A stretch of 64,000 bases of DNA, from NCBI GenBank assembly GCA_964538435.1, contig CAZIDX010000001.1, forward strand, positions 393 to 64,392, in the 5' to 3' direction. Both the position numbers and the translations under genes were made by a program. Source of the DNA: an uncultured Gammaproteobacteria bacterium. GTDB lineage: Bacteria > Patescibacteriota > Patescibacteriia > UBA9934 > GWF2-40-263. Below are positions 39,438 to 51,350 of this stretch, piece by piece; within the stretch, counting starts at the first letter, position 1, and each line of letters starts with the position of its first letter. The notes below the pieces were generated by a model. It was not told the DNA's origin and made no database searches. It saw only the letters and a program-made list of their open reading frames with translations.

Positions 39438-41342
39438 ATGCCTAAGATTCTAGGAATTGACCTTGGTACAACAAACTCATGCATGACCGTCATCGAAGGT
39501 GGTCAGCCAAAGGTCCTTGAAAACAAAGAAGGAGCACGCACAACCCCATCGGTTGTGGCTGTCTCAAAAAGCGGTGAGCGCATTGCAGGACTTGCAGCCA
39601 AGCGCCAAGCCATCACAAACCCAAAAGACACACTCTTTTCTATCAAGCGCCTCATTGGGCGACGTTGGAATGACGAAGAGGTAAAGCACGACAAAAACGT
39701 CATGCCTTACGAGATCGTTCAGCGTGGAGAGGGTGTTGCCATCAAAATGCAAGACAAGGAATACACACCAGAGGAAGTCTCAGCCATGATCTTGCAAAAG
39801 CTCAAGGCAGACGCAGAAGAACGACTCGGTGAGACCATCGAAGAGGCTGTGATCACTGTTCCAGCATACTTTGACGACTCACAGCGCGCAGCAACAAAGG
39901 TTGCTGGTGAAATCGCTGGACTCAAAGTCCGCCGCGTCATCAACGAGCCAACTGCTGCGGCTCTTGCCTACGGTTTTGACAAAAAGAAAGGCCAGCAGAT
40001 CGTCGTGTACGACCTAGGTGGTGGAACCTTTGATGTGTCTGTGCTCGACGTAGCAGAAGACACAGTTGAAGTGAAGTCAACAAACGGAGACACACATCTT
40101 GGTGGAGACGACTTTGATCGTGTGATCATTGACTGGATTCTCGAAGAGTTCAAAAAGACAGAGGGAGTAGACTTGCAAAAAGATCCACTCGCGCTCCAAC
40201 GCATCAAGGACGCAGCAGAAAAGGCAAAGATCGAGCTCTCAACAGCTCAGCAAACAGAAATCAACCAACCATTCATCACATCAGACGAAAACGGTCCAAA
40301 GCACCTTGTGATCACAATGACCCGCTCAAAACTCGAAGAGCTTTGCGGAGATCTTGTGCAAAAGACCCTCGAGCCAGTAAAGGCAGCACTCAAAGACGCA
40401 GGCTTCACAAAGGACGAAATCGAAGAGGTGATCATGGTGGGTGGTATGACCCGCATGCCAATCGTGCAAAAGGCTGTCGAAGACTTCTTCGGTAAAAAGC
40501 CAAACGTAAGCATGAACCCAGACGAGGTAGTTGCACTCGGTGCAGCTGTACAAGCTGGTGTGTTCCAAGGAGACGTAAAAGACGTGCTCCTACTTGACGT
40601 CACCCCACTTTCAGTTGGAATCGAAACACTCGGAGGTGTGATGACTAAGCTCATCGAGCGAAACACAACCATCCCATCCTCAAAAACTCAAATCTTCTCA
40701 ACCGCTGCTGACAACCAGACAACCGTAGAAATCCACGTCCTCCAAGGAGAGCGTGAAATGGCAGACGGCAACAAGACTCTCGGACGATTCATCCTCTCAG
40801 GTCTTCCAATGGCCCCAAGAGGCGTCCCACAGGTGGAAGTAAAGTTCGACGTAGACGCAAACGGAATCCTCAACGTCTCAGCCACTGACAAGGCAAGTGG
40901 AAAGAGCCAGAATATCACCATCCAAGGCTCAACCGGACTCTCTGACGAAGAAGTGGAAAAGATGAAGCAAGAAGCAGAGTCACATGCAGAAGAGGACGCA
41001 AAGCGAAAAGAACAAGTCGAGCACCAGAACCTAGCAAATACAATGATCCACACCTCAGAGAAAATGCTGAGTGACGCCGGAGACAAAATCACCGACGAAG
41101 AGCGAAAAGAGGTAGAAGAAAAGATCGAGGCGCTCAAGGCTGTAAAGGATGGCGACGACCACGAAGCAATCAAGAAAGCAGCAGATGAACTAACAGAGTC
41201 TGCACAAAAGGTTGGCGCAAAGATGTACCAAGCAGAGCAAGAAGCAGCCGGAGCTCAAGGAGCAGAAGGTGAAGCAGGATCTGAAGAGAAAAAAGAAGAC
41301 GAGCCGATTGATGCTGAATTCAAAGAGAAAGACTCAGAGTAA
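39438..41342 (+). CDS. dnaK: Molecular chaperone DnaK (Hsp70)
   Basis: [19 protein letters not shown] and the C-terminal lid with an acidic tail. Confidence 0.95.
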   Translation: MPKILGIDLGTTNSCMTVIEGGQPKVLENKEGARTTPSVVAVSKSGERIAGLAAKRQAITNPKDTLFSIKRLIGRRWNDEEVKHDKNVMPYEIVQRGEGVAIKMQDKEYTPEEVSAMILQKLKADAEERLGETIEEAVITVPAYFDDSQRAATKVAGEIAGLKVRRVINEPTAAALAYGFDKKKGQQIVVYDLGGGTFDVSVLDVAEDTVEVKSTNGDTHLGGDDFDRVIIDWILEEFKKTEGVDLQKDPLALQRIKDAAEKAKIELSTAQQTEINQPFITSDENGPKHLVITMTRSKLEELCGDLVQKTLEPVKAALKDAGFTKDEIEEVIMVGGMTRMPIVQKAVEDFFGKKPNVSMNPDEVVALGAAVQAGVFQGDVKDVLLLDVTPLSVGIETLGGVMTKLIERNTTIPSSKTQIFSTAADNQTTVEIHVLQGEREMADGNKTLGRFILSGLPMAPRGVPQVEVKFDVDANGILNVSATDKASGKSQNITIQGSTGLSDEEVEKMKQEAESHAEEDAKRKEQVEHQNLANTMIHTSEKMLSDAGDKITDEERKEVEEKIEALKAVKDGDDHEAIKKAADELTESAQKVGAKMYQAEQEAAGAQGAEGEAGSEEKKEDEPIDAEFKEKDSE

Positions 41343-41447
41343 ACAAAAAACAAACGCGGTTGGGTGCAAACACACTCAACCGCATTGTGGTTTCTTGAAT
41401 GCTGACTAGTTTGGTCTCTGATTCATCTCGTCAAACTTTCACCACAC

Positions 41448-41840
41448 CACGTCATCCTGACCCCGCCGTAGGCGGTGGGAAGGATCCCCCTCGTAGCAAG
41501 AAAAACGTATGGACCGAGAATATTTTGCATACATGATGACGAATACCCACAACACTGTGCTTTACACAGGAGTCACGAACGATCTAATTCGTAGAGTTGA
41601 AGAACATAAAGAAGGCAAAGTGAAGGGGTTCACAAAAAAGTATAAATGCACAAAGCTTGTGTTCGTTGAAAGCACACCAGATGCAATGTCTGCAATCGAG
41701 CGTGAGAAAGAAATCAAAGGATGGAACAGAAACAAAAAGAATGAATTAGTAAATTCTATTAACCCCAACTGGAGCGACCTGTCGTTCGAAATGTAAGAGC
41801 AGGGGATCCCTCAGTCATCACAAACTCCTTCGGGATGACG
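41448..41840. mobile_element. Mini-element of about 390 bp: GIY-YIG nuclease gene bounded by terminal inverted repeats of about 45 bp
   Basis: Left end CACGTCATCCTGA...GAAGGATCCCC; right end GGGGATCCC...GGGATGACGGTGG, its inverted counterpart; a paralogous element lies at 45948-46337. Confidence 0.6.
41509..41796 (+). CDS. GIY-YIG nuclease-domain protein (95 aa, UPF0213/YhbQ-like)
   Basis: YFAYMMTN...VLYTGVTNDLIRRVEEHKEG...REKEIKGWNRNKKNELV matches the GIY-YIG pattern as I recall it. Confidence 0.75.
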   Translation: MDREYFAYMMTNTHNTVLYTGVTNDLIRRVEEHKEGKVKGFTKKYKCTKLVFVESTPDAMSAIEREKEIKGWNRNKKNELVNSINPNWSDLSFEM

Positions 41841-41868
41841 GTGGTGGCGAGAGAGTTAAACAATATCT

Positions 41869-42306
41869 ATGCCAAACTACGAAAAATTTACGGTTAGCCA
41901 GGTGGCTGTCTGGATCAAAGATAGCAAGGTTCTCATTCTCGAGGACGCAGCGAATCCAGGTCGCTGGCTCATTCCAGGTGGTCGCATTGATAAAGAAGAA
42001 GAAGCTGAGCCAGCATTCCGGCGCGAGCTTAAAGAAGAGATCGGGCTCGATAAGTTCGAAGTTGGAGAACTCCTCGACACAGCCATCTGGTACGCAGGAG
42101 TGAAAAAGACTCCGGTGTGCTCTGTCACACGCTTCATCTCAACCGATCAAGAAGAGGTTATGCTCTCAGACGAGCACGCAAGCTATAAATGGATCACAGA
42201 AGATGAAATCGAGGATTACCACTTTATCTGGCCACACGCAGCAGAGATCCTCAAGAAAGGTTTTGAGAAATCAAAAAGCAGGCTCTGTGCCTGCTCTGGT
42301 TGCTAA
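41869..42306 (+). CDS. Nudix hydrolase
   Basis: Nudix box GGRIDKEEEAEPAFRRELKEEIG. Confidence 0.75.
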   Translation: MPNYEKFTVSQVAVWIKDSKVLILEDAANPGRWLIPGGRIDKEEEAEPAFRRELKEEIGLDKFEVGELLDTAIWYAGVKKTPVCSVTRFISTDQEEVMLSDEHASYKWITEDEIEDYHFIWPHAAEILKKGFEKSKSRLCACSGC

Positions 42307-42532
42307 GCAATCTTGAGGACAGCTTTCATGTTCTCAACATCTGCCTCGATTCTCTTGATTCTCTCGAGTGTAAACAACCGCTCCTGATCAAGACGTTGAA
42401 GAATCTGACCTTGTTGATCCAATGCATCATAAATCGGTTCAAGATCAGCCTTTGTTGCCATGATGGACTGCATGCGATCGATCTTCTCGTCCATTTCAAC
42501 GAGCTTGTTGATAATTTTGTCTTCAAGTTCCA
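42303..42532 (-). CDS. Small coiled-coil protein (start at internal ATG 42532)
   Basis: 76 aa, heptad-like MELEDKIINKLVEMDEKIDRMQ...; low information. Confidence 0.3.
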
Positions 42533-42620
42533 TACATCTCAAATATACCAGATCCTCATAAAAAGAAACACCCGCCGTTGCGTAAAGCATTGGCGGGGTC
42601 GTTGTTCCGATCGCGTTTGA

Positions 42621-43211
42621 TCAGAACTCGTGCTTCAGCTCATCGATCTCGGTGAAACCGCCAGGGCACCGGTCGTACACACCTGCGACCATGAAGCCGA
42701 TACCGTACAGGATTCGACCACCCTCGGTGCGGACACTTGCCAGATGGATGTCACGGTCCTGCAGGCCAGGGTAGGTCTTTCTTGCCATGGTCACGAATCT
42801 GAGGATGTGGTTGAGGGTGCTGCGAGGGAAGTCAGAGAAGACCAAATGGACTCCATTGATCGGCAGCGCACCGTCCGCGCACCACTCGGGACCCTTGCCA
42901 GGGAGGAACTCGCAGAAGATCTCGAAGTGCTGCGCCTCGCGAAGCGTCTCCAAGACCACAGGAGCCTCGGACGATCGTGCCCAACCGGCACCCTCGCACA
43001 CATCTGGCCAGTTGCCCCAGCCACCTTCCGGGCTGCGACCGATCCAGAGATCTCCGTCGCAAGGAGATTCGTCATTGCTCTCGAACCCCAATGCGAGTCC
43101 GAGTCTCGCAGCCTCCGCTGCGATCGCGGCCGACTCAGGCAGGTTCATGTCCAGGATGATGCGCTTCACCTCGAAAGGCTTTGCACACCAGGTAATCAAG
43201 GTTACTTTCAT
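42621..43211 (-). CDS. Hypothetical protein, GC-rich
   Basis: 196-aa ORF; no motif recognised. Confidence 0.45.
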   Translation of the reverse strand: MKVTLITWCAKPFEVKRIILDMNLPESAAIAAEAARLGLALGFESNDESPCDGDLWIGRSPEGGWGNWPDVCEGAGWARSSEAPVVLETLREAQHFEIFCEFLPGKGPEWCADGALPINGVHLVFSDFPRSTLNHILRFVTMARKTYPGLQDRDIHLASVRTEGGRILYGIGFMVAGVYDRCPGGFTEIDELKHEF

Positions 43212-43327
43212 TACGTCTCCAGGAAGTCTCGCTAAGGATGTTGATTGCCAGCACCCAAAAAAGACTTGTCAATTCACCACAAAACCCCCATTTTGTCAAC
43301 CAATTCAAGCCTTGCCCTGAGAAAAGT

Positions 43328-43367
43328 GCTGACATTTTCTCACCATGGTGAAGAAATGTCAGCATCT
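43328..43367 (+). promoter_or_regulatory. Near-perfect palindrome of about 36 bp (GCTGACATTTTCTCACC ATGG TGAAGAAATGTCAGC) immediately upstream of dnaJ
   Basis: Inverted repeat centred on CCATGG; distinct from CIRCE. Confidence 0.4.
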
Positions 43368-43371
43368 TTCT

Positions 43372-44436
43372 ATGAGTAAGGACTACTACAACATTCTAGG
43401 AATCGATAAGAACGCTTCGAAAGATGAAATCAAGCGTGCTTTTAGGAAAAAAGCTCATCAATATCACCCTGACAAGGATGGAGGAGATGAAGAGAAGTTT
43501 AAGGAAGCAAACGAGGCGTACCAGGTGCTCAAGGACGACAAAAAGCGCCAGACCTACGATCAGTTTGGATCAGATGCTTTTAGTGGAGCAGGTGCTGGTG
43601 GATTCGGTGGCGGACAAGGTTTTGGAGGCTTCGACTTTTCAGGCTTCCAAGGAGCACATGACTTTGGAGACATCTTTGGAGATATTTTTGGGGGAGGACG
43701 CTCACGCCGTTCTAGGGAGCGTCGCGGGCAAGATATTCAAATCGATATTGATCTAGATTTTAAAGAAGCTGTCTTTGGTGTAGAAAAAGAAATCACTCTC
43801 ACGAAAAACACTAGCTGTGAGCGTTGCTCAGGAAACGGGGCAGAGCCAGGCTCAGGGATGGAAACCTGCTCAGAGTGCTCAGGTCATGGTGTGGTCACAA
43901 AAGCGCATCGAACGATTCTTGGAACCGTACAGAGCAAAGTAACCTGCGATAAGTGTCAGGGGACAGGGGAGACTCCAAAGAAATCCTGCACAACATGTCA
44001 TGGCGGCGGAATCGAAAGCAAAAAAGAAACCAGCACCATCACGATCCCAGCCGGAGTCGATCATGGAAACACGCTCCGGATACGAGAAGAAGGTGAAGCA
44101 ATCAAAGGAGGGAAAAACGGAGACTTGTTTGTACGATTGCATGTCCGCTCAGACAAACGATTCGACCGCGAAGGATTTCACATCTACTCAGAAGCAAAGA
44201 TTGGATTTACTCAAGCAGCGCTCGGAACAATAGTCGATGTTGAGACTGTGGATGGCAAAGTAGAACTCGACATCCCACACGGCACTCAATCAGGAACCGT
44301 CTTTCGCCTCAAAGGAAAAGGTGTGCCATCACGCCGCGGTCGAGGAGATCACTACGTAACCGCAACCGTCCTTACACCAAAAAAACTTTCTCGAAAACAA
44401 AAAAAGCTCCTCGAAGAGCTTGATTTGAAGGAATAA
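43372..44436 (+). CDS. dnaJ: Molecular chaperone DnaJ
   Basis: J domain with HPD, G/F-rich linker, four CxxCxGxG zinc-finger repeats. Confidence 0.9.
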   Translation: MSKDYYNILGIDKNASKDEIKRAFRKKAHQYHPDKDGGDEEKFKEANEAYQVLKDDKKRQTYDQFGSDAFSGAGAGGFGGGQGFGGFDFSGFQGAHDFGDIFGDIFGGGRSRRSRERRGQDIQIDIDLDFKEAVFGVEKEITLTKNTSCERCSGNGAEPGSGMETCSECSGHGVVTKAHRTILGTVQSKVTCDKCQGTGETPKKSCTTCHGGGIESKKETSTITIPAGVDHGNTLRIREEGEAIKGGKNGDLFVRLHVRSDKRFDREGFHIYSEAKIGFTQAALGTIVDVETVDGKVELDIPHGTQSGTVFRLKGKGVPSRRGRGDHYVTATVLTPKKLSRKQKKLLEELDLKE

Positions 44437-44466
44437 GAAAAGCTCTGCTGCGTGCAGAGCAAGTTG

Positions 44467-45931
<1,465 letters not shown>

Positions 45932-45947
45932 AATCACCGTCTTATTT

Positions 45948-46337
45948 TTTGTCATCCTGACCCCGCCAAAGGCGGTGGGAAGGATCTCCTAATCTTTGAG
46001 CATATGAGCAAAGAATATTTCGTCTACATGATGGCAAACAAAAACAATGCCGTGCTTTATACTGGTGTGACGAACTGTATTACAAGCAGGGTTAGGCAAC
46101 ACAAAAAGGGCACCATTGATGGGTTCACAAAGAAATATAAATGTACAAAACTCGTCTTCGCCGAATCAACAAGTGACATCTTGGCTGCTATCGAGAGGGA
46201 AAAAGAGATAAAAGGTTGGAAACGAGAGAAAAAGAACAAACTAGTTGAAACAATAAATCCTAATTGGATGGATCTGTCATCTGAATTATGAATCAGGAGA
46301 TCCTTCCTCCTCGCAACCTTGTCGTCAGGATGACAAA
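45948..46337. mobile_element. Second GIY-YIG mini-element with terminal inverted repeats (TTTGTCATCCTGAC...GGAAGGATCTCC / GGAGATCCTTCC...GTCAGGATGACAAA)
   Basis: Right end is an exact inverted copy of the outer 12-15 nt of the left end; same architecture as 41448-41840. Confidence 0.65.
46004..46291 (+). CDS. GIY-YIG nuclease-domain protein, paralog of 41509-41796
   Basis: About 65% identical by eye (YFVYMMANKNNAVLYTGVTN...REKEIKGWKREKKNKLV). Confidence 0.75.
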   Translation: MSKEYFVYMMANKNNAVLYTGVTNCITSRVRQHKKGTIDGFTKKYKCTKLVFAESTSDILAAIEREKEIKGWKREKKNKLVETINPNWMDLSSEL

Positions 46338-46415
46338 AGTGAGTATGGAAAATCGAAAAACAACCCACAGGCCCCGCGTATGCGGGGTCTTTGAATATGC
46401 TAAAATAGATCTGTT

Positions 46416-46793
46416 ATGAACAAACCAGCGGCATCTCTAGTCGCGCAGTACGTAGTCAAAGACGGCCTCAAGGAGTTCGTCTCTCTTCCGATTTGGTGGT
46501 ACACCACCGGACTATCGCTCGTGCTGGGCTGGACAGGTAAATCAATCAAAGGATCTGTACGTTTTTTCGAGCTTGATGTATGGGCAAAGAACCTGTTTGT
46601 GCCCATGTATGGCGAAACGGGATTCACAGGCCGGGCCATTAGTTTTGGTGTGCGCCTCTTTATGATTGTTGTGCGATCCATTGGGGTTGCTGCGCTTAGT
46701 ATCTTCTCTCTGTTCCTGCTCGCATTGTATGTTCTCGGTCTCCCTGTCTTGCTCATTGGCATTGCAAGCCATCTAATCGGCTTGGTGCTTTGA
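46416..46793 (+). CDS. Membrane protein, unknown function
   Basis: Hydrophobic C-terminal half; 125 aa. Confidence 0.45.
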   Translation: MNKPAASLVAQYVVKDGLKEFVSLPIWWYTTGLSLVLGWTGKSIKGSVRFFELDVWAKNLFVPMYGETGFTGRAISFGVRLFMIVVRSIGVAALSIFSLFLLALYVLGLPVLLIGIASHLIGLVL

Positions 46794-46794
46794 T

Positions 46795-49413
46795 ATGGCT
46801 CAACTAAAACTCACAATCAAAGACAAGGCCTACGCTTGGATTGAATCGCTCAAAGAAGACGATATTCTAAGGCGCACTGCAAAAACAAAAGCCGGCAAGG
46901 TGATTGGTGGCATTGTGTTTGGTTTTTCTGTTCTCCTGCTCCTACTGGCGTTTTTCTTGTTTTTTCTCAGGGGCCTCACATATGCACTTGCAGCAAGCAC
47001 ATGGCTTGGCGGCTCCCTTCCAGTCTTTTTGCTCCTATTGGCTTTGCTGGGTGGCTGCTTTTTGTTCATGCAGCAAGCAAAGCTTCTTTCAAACAAAGTT
47101 CTTATCCCTCGACTTGGTGAAAAAGATACAATTGGCAACCCAGAAGCATTCTCAGGAAGCCCAAACAATATTGCAGAGCTATTCAACGCTGAGGCTCGCG
47201 AGTCAGTTGAGCGCGCATATGCCCTTGCATCAAAGTTCAAGCACGCCCAGCTCGAACCAATTCATTTCTTTGTGGGTACACTCGAGAGCCTAGATGCTTC
47301 AGTTTTTTTTGGGCGGCTTGGTCTACGTTTCGACCAGGTGCAGGACCCAGTTGGACGTCGTCTTGAAACGCGTCAGCGCGCAGATCAGACTCAAGTTGGA
47401 GAGGCTGCAGAAAAGATCCTACTTCAAGCATTCGCCAACACAGTCAAAGAGCGGCTCGACAGCGTGCCATCGCTCGAAATCTTGGTAGCCGCCTACGAGA
47501 GTGATGAGTTCCTACAGGATCTCATGCTTGACCTGGGGGTCGATAAAGATCAGTTTGCAAACATGGCTGAGTGGATAAGAATCCACGAGCGCATGCGCAA
47601 TCAGTACGCGCGCTTCCGAAAAGCCGCTGCGTACAAACCAACCGGCGCAATGAACCGCGCCATGACCTCAGTTGCAACTCCAATCCTCGATGCGTTCTCA
47701 GAAGACCTCACAACAGCTGCAGTGAACGGTCATCTACCAATGCTTATCGGACGCAAGCGTGAGTTAGAAGAAGTATTCCGCATTATCGAAGGCGGAAGGC
47801 AAAGCGCAGTGCTCGTAGGTTCAGAAGGTGTTGGTCGCACGACATTACTTGGAGGAATCGCACAACTTATGGTTGAAGAGCGTGTGCCAAAGGTGCTCCA
47901 GGACAAGCGGCTTGTACGCCTTTCAATTCCACACCTCATCTCTGGCGTGAACCCATCGGATGCTCAAGAAAGGCTTTTACAGCTCTTTATCGAGGTTTCC
48001 AAGTCCCGCAACATCATCCTAGCGGTCACAGACATCGAGCAAATGACCGGGATCTCCTCCGGAGGAGATCAAACAGCAGACCTTGCCTCAACATTTGTAG
48101 ACTTTTTGCGCCGCACAGGTACTTTCACAATCGCAACCACATCGCCGCAAGCCTATGTATCCAGCATTGAGCGTTCCATCTTGGGGCGGGTGTTTGAAAA
48201 AGTTGATGTAAACGAACCAGACCAATCCGAAGCCATTCAGATGCTTGAGTCAAAAATCGGTGGAATCGAATACGAGCACAAGGTTGTCTTTGCTTACAGT
48301 GCTGTAGAAAAGGCTGTGGAGCTCACAGACCGCTACATGCACGAGACCTATCTACCAAAGAAAGCCATCACCGTCGCACGTGAAGCCGCTCAACTTGTTT
48401 CTAAAACACGTGGCGAGGACGCTCTCATCACCGGAGAAGACATAGCAAAGATCGTTACAGAAAAAACAGGAGTCCCAACCGAGAGCGTGAACCGAGACGA
48501 AAAAGACGCACTTCTAAACCTGGCAGAGCGCATGCATGGTCGCGTGATCGGGCAGGACGATGCCGTAACGGCTGTAGCAGCAGCACTCAGGCGAGCGCGC
48601 GCAGAGCTGCGCGCCCAAGACAGGCCAATCGCCACATTCTTGTTCCTGGGATCAACCGGTGTTGGTAAGACCGAGCTCGCAAAGACCGTTGCAGAGGCTT
48701 ACTTTGGAAATGAGGCAGCCATGATCAGACTCGACATGTCAGAGTATCAAGAGCAGTCCAGCATCAACCGACTCATCGGCGTTCCTGGGTCTCGCGACGG
48801 CGGATTGCTAACAGAAGCGGTTCGCAAGAAACCGTTCTCAATCGTGCTCCTCGACGAGCTAGAAAAAGCCCATCCAGACATTCTCAACGTATTCCTCCAG
48901 GTCTTTGACGACGGACGCCTCACTGACGCAGCCGGACGCACAATCGACTTCACAAACACGATCCTCATATCAACCTCAAACGCAGGAACAGCCTACATTC
49001 AAGATGCGGTTGGAAGGGGAGACGAGCTCGAATCCATCAAGACCCACTTGCTCGAAGAAGAGCTCAAAGGAATCTATCGACCAGAGTTCCTCAACCGCTT
49101 TGACGGCATTATTGTATTCAAGCCACTCACCATGGAAGATGTGATCCAGATCGCTGGACTCATGGTCGGAAAGGTTGCAAGCAGACTTGAGCCAAAGGGA
49201 ATCTTTTTCCGAGCTGAGTCTCAGGCAGTGAAAGAGCTTGCAGAAAAGGGATTTGATCCAAAGTTTGGTGCACGACCACTCAGGCGCGTTGTGCAAAATG
49301 AAGTCGATACCGCCATTGCAGATGCGCTTTTGCAAGGAAAAGTACAAAGACGTGATACAATCGTGCTTCAGCCTGGGGGGTCTATCCGTATTGAAAAAGG
49401 TAAGGAATTATGA
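46795..49413 (+). CDS. ClpB/ClpC-like two-domain AAA+ chaperone with N-terminal TM helices and a degenerate first ATPase domain
   Basis: Two N-terminal TM helices; Clp_N-like region; D1 Walker A GSEGVGRTT (Lys replaced by Arg) and Walker-B-like AVTDIEQ; D2 canonical GSTGVGKTELAK and LLDELEKAHPD. Confidence 0.8.
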   Translation: MAQLKLTIKDKAYAWIESLKEDDILRRTAKTKAGKVIGGIVFGFSVLLLLLAFFLFFLRGLTYALAASTWLGGSLPVFLLLLALLGGCFLFMQQAKLLSNKVLIPRLGEKDTIGNPEAFSGSPNNIAELFNAEARESVERAYALASKFKHAQLEPIHFFVGTLESLDASVFFGRLGLRFDQVQDPVGRRLETRQRADQTQVGEAAEKILLQAFANTVKERLDSVPSLEILVAAYESDEFLQDLMLDLGVDKDQFANMAEWIRIHERMRNQYARFRKAAAYKPTGAMNRAMTSVATPILDAFSEDLTTAAVNGHLPMLIGRKRELEEVFRIIEGGRQSAVLVGSEGVGRTTLLGGIAQLMVEERVPKVLQDKRLVRLSIPHLISGVNPSDAQERLLQLFIEVSKSRNIILAVTDIEQMTGISSGGDQTADLASTFVDFLRRTGTFTIATTSPQAYVSSIERSILGRVFEKVDVNEPDQSEAIQMLESKIGGIEYEHKVVFAYSAVEKAVELTDRYMHETYLPKKAITVAREAAQLVSKTRGEDALITGEDIAKIVTEKTGVPTESVNRDEKDALLNLAERMHGRVIGQDDAVTAVAAALRRARAELRAQDRPIATFLFLGSTGVGKTELAKTVAEAYFGNEAAMIRLDMSEYQEQSSINRLIGVPGSRDGGLLTEAVRKKPFSIVLLDELEKAHPDILNVFLQVFDDGRLTDAAGRTIDFTNTILISTSNAGTAYIQDAVGRGDELESIKTHLLEEELKGIYRPEFLNRFDGIIVFKPLTMEDVIQIAGLMVGKVASRLEPKGIFFRAESQAVKELAEKGFDPKFGARPLRRVVQNEVDTAIADALLQGKVQRRDTIVLQPGGSIRIEKGKEL

Positions 49414-50450
49414 ACATTCTTGTGATCTGGGGAGTTGTTGCATTCTGTTTGTCTGCAATTGCCACGGTTTTTGTAAAACAACTTGCTTTGCGAAAAGGTG
49501 CAGTTGATGTCCCAAAAGACAACAGGCGCCTCCATAAACAACCGATTGCCAGGCTGGGCGGCCTTGCAATCTTTTTGTCTGTGTTCATTGTCTTGATCGT
49601 GCTCCTTGCAACATCAGACGCGCTCACAGGCGGGGAGATCACACATGTGCACTACCTTGGAGTGCTGCTGGGAGGATTCATTCTCATGATTGGCGGGTAT
49701 CTTGATGATCGTTTTGATCTGCCTCCAAAGTTCGCAATTGTCGCTCCTGTGCTTGCATCTCTGACAGTAATCTTGTTTGGAGTAGAGGTCGACAAACTTT
49801 CAAATCCATTTGGAGACGTTCTGATTCTCGAGTCATGGCAATCAAACATCCTCGTCTTCATCTGGCTCATGGTGGTCATGTACACAACAAAGTTCCTAGA
49901 TGGTCTAGATGGCCTTGCAACCTCAGTCAGTTCGGTAGGGGTCATCATGGTCATGCTCCTCTCGCTTTCTGTTGCCTACTACCAGCCTGATGTAGCTCTG
50001 CTCAGCGCCATCTCTCTGGGAGCGTTTATGGGATTTCTTTTCTGGAACTTTCATCCTGCAACCATCTTTCTTGGTGAGGGGGGAAGTACGTTTGTCGGAT
50101 TCCTGCTCGGTGTGCTCGCGGTGATTTCCGGAGGCAAGCTCGCAACCGCACTACTCGTACTCGGAATCCCACTTCTGGATGTTATCTGGGTCGTGCTCAG
50201 GCGAATGAAAACAGGAGGAGTCAAACAAGCATTCAAAGGTGATAGAAAGCATCTTCATCACAGACTCTATGACCTTGGACTCAGCCAGCGAGCCATTGTG
50301 TATTTGTACGTATTCATAGCATCAGCATTCGGAGTGACCGCACTCTTCTTGCAGAGTAAAGAAAAGCTCGTCGCGCTTGTGATTCTCTGCGTGATGATGC
50401 TCGCAGCTATTCTCTTTTTCATCCACAAAGAACGATATGACCACTCATAG
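49410..50450 (+). CDS. Polyprenyl-phosphate sugar-1-phosphate transferase, MraY/WecA (GT4) family
   Basis: Multi-TM protein; the LDGLDGLA motif typical of the MraY/WecA family; start overlaps the ClpC-like stop (ATGA). Confidence 0.7.
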   Translation: MNILVIWGVVAFCLSAIATVFVKQLALRKGAVDVPKDNRRLHKQPIARLGGLAIFLSVFIVLIVLLATSDALTGGEITHVHYLGVLLGGFILMIGGYLDDRFDLPPKFAIVAPVLASLTVILFGVEVDKLSNPFGDVLILESWQSNILVFIWLMVVMYTTKFLDGLDGLATSVSSVGVIMVMLLSLSVAYYQPDVALLSAISLGAFMGFLFWNFHPATIFLGEGGSTFVGFLLGVLAVISGGKLATALLVLGIPLLDVIWVVLRRMKTGGVKQAFKGDRKHLHHRLYDLGLSQRAIVYLYVFIASAFGVTALFLQSKEKLVALVILCVMMLAAILFFIHKERYDHS

Positions 50451-50916
50451 CAAGCATGTCATCTTTTTGCTCACAACACTCTTTGTGCTTGTAAGCATTC
50501 TCACAGCCATTTATCTCTGGAACAACTTCGGTAAGATTCCTGTCGAAATCGCAACTATTACAACAGGCGGCGGCGTTGAGCTAGAAGTTGAAGTAGCCCG
50601 AACCTATCCAGAGCGCCAAACAGGACTTTCAAATCGTTCAAGTATGGGAGGAATCGACGGCATGCTCTTTATCCATCCTGATATCGATTTTCACAATTAT
50701 TGGATGAAAGACATGGAATTTGGCCTAGACATCATATGGATCCTGGAAGGGGTGATTGTGGATATCAAGCCAAATTTAGAGCCTGAAGAGCCCCCAGAGA
50801 CGCTCCACGCACCAGAAATGCCCGCAAACATGGTATTAGAGCTAAAAGCAGGAAAAGCAGAGGATTTGGGTCTCAACACAGGCCAGAAACTTGACATAAG
50901 CTTCCCAGGCGAGTAA
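50437..50916 (+). CDS. DUF192-like protein with an N-terminal TM anchor
   Basis: GMLFIHPD...FHNYWMKDMEFGLDIIWI resembles the DUF192 signature as recalled. Confidence 0.5.
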   Translation: MTTHSKHVIFLLTTLFVLVSILTAIYLWNNFGKIPVEIATITTGGGVELEVEVARTYPERQTGLSNRSSMGGIDGMLFIHPDIDFHNYWMKDMEFGLDIIWILEGVIVDIKPNLEPEEPPETLHAPEMPANMVLELKAGKAEDLGLNTGQKLDISFPGE

Positions 50917-50985
50917 ACTCCCTCGCGTATCATTAATTTATCGCAGGTACACTGGCAAAAGCACAGGAACCGCGTGTGAAAATCT

Positions 50986-51306
50986 ATGGCATCACTAGCA
51001 GTAATTGAAACAGGAGGGAAGCAGTACATTGTCCGAGAAGGACAGGTTCTTAAGATTGAAAAGATCTCAGATGATGTTGGGGCAACACTCAATTTTGAGG
51101 TACTTCTGGTTTCAGATGAAGAAGGAACAACAACAAAGGTTGGAACACCAACCGTAAGCGGTGCAAAGGTAATGGCAACCGTACTTGAGCAGGGTCGAGG
51201 AAAAAAGATCCCGATTATCAAGTATAAACCGAAATCACGTTACAGACGTAACGTTGGTCATCGGCAGCCATTCACCAAGATCAAGATTGAAAAGATCACC
51301 GCTTAA
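50986..51306 (+). CDS. rplU: 50S ribosomal protein L21
   Basis: VIETGGKQY...KYKPKSRYRRNVGHRQPFTKIKIEKI. Confidence 0.85.
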   Translation: MASLAVIETGGKQYIVREGQVLKIEKISDDVGATLNFEVLLVSDEEGTTTKVGTPTVSGAKVMATVLEQGRGKKIPIIKYKPKSRYRRNVGHRQPFTKIKIEKITA

Positions 51307-51350
51307 TAGCGGTGTTTTTCTTTCTTGTAACAAAATGGAGAGACAAAACT

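Noticed and set aside
43135-43365. ORFs 43135-43365(-) and 42977-43159(+) near the dnaJ upstream palindrome
   Set aside because: Short, RBS-less, and overlapping the 42621-43211 gene and the dnaJ leader, so they are probably spurious.
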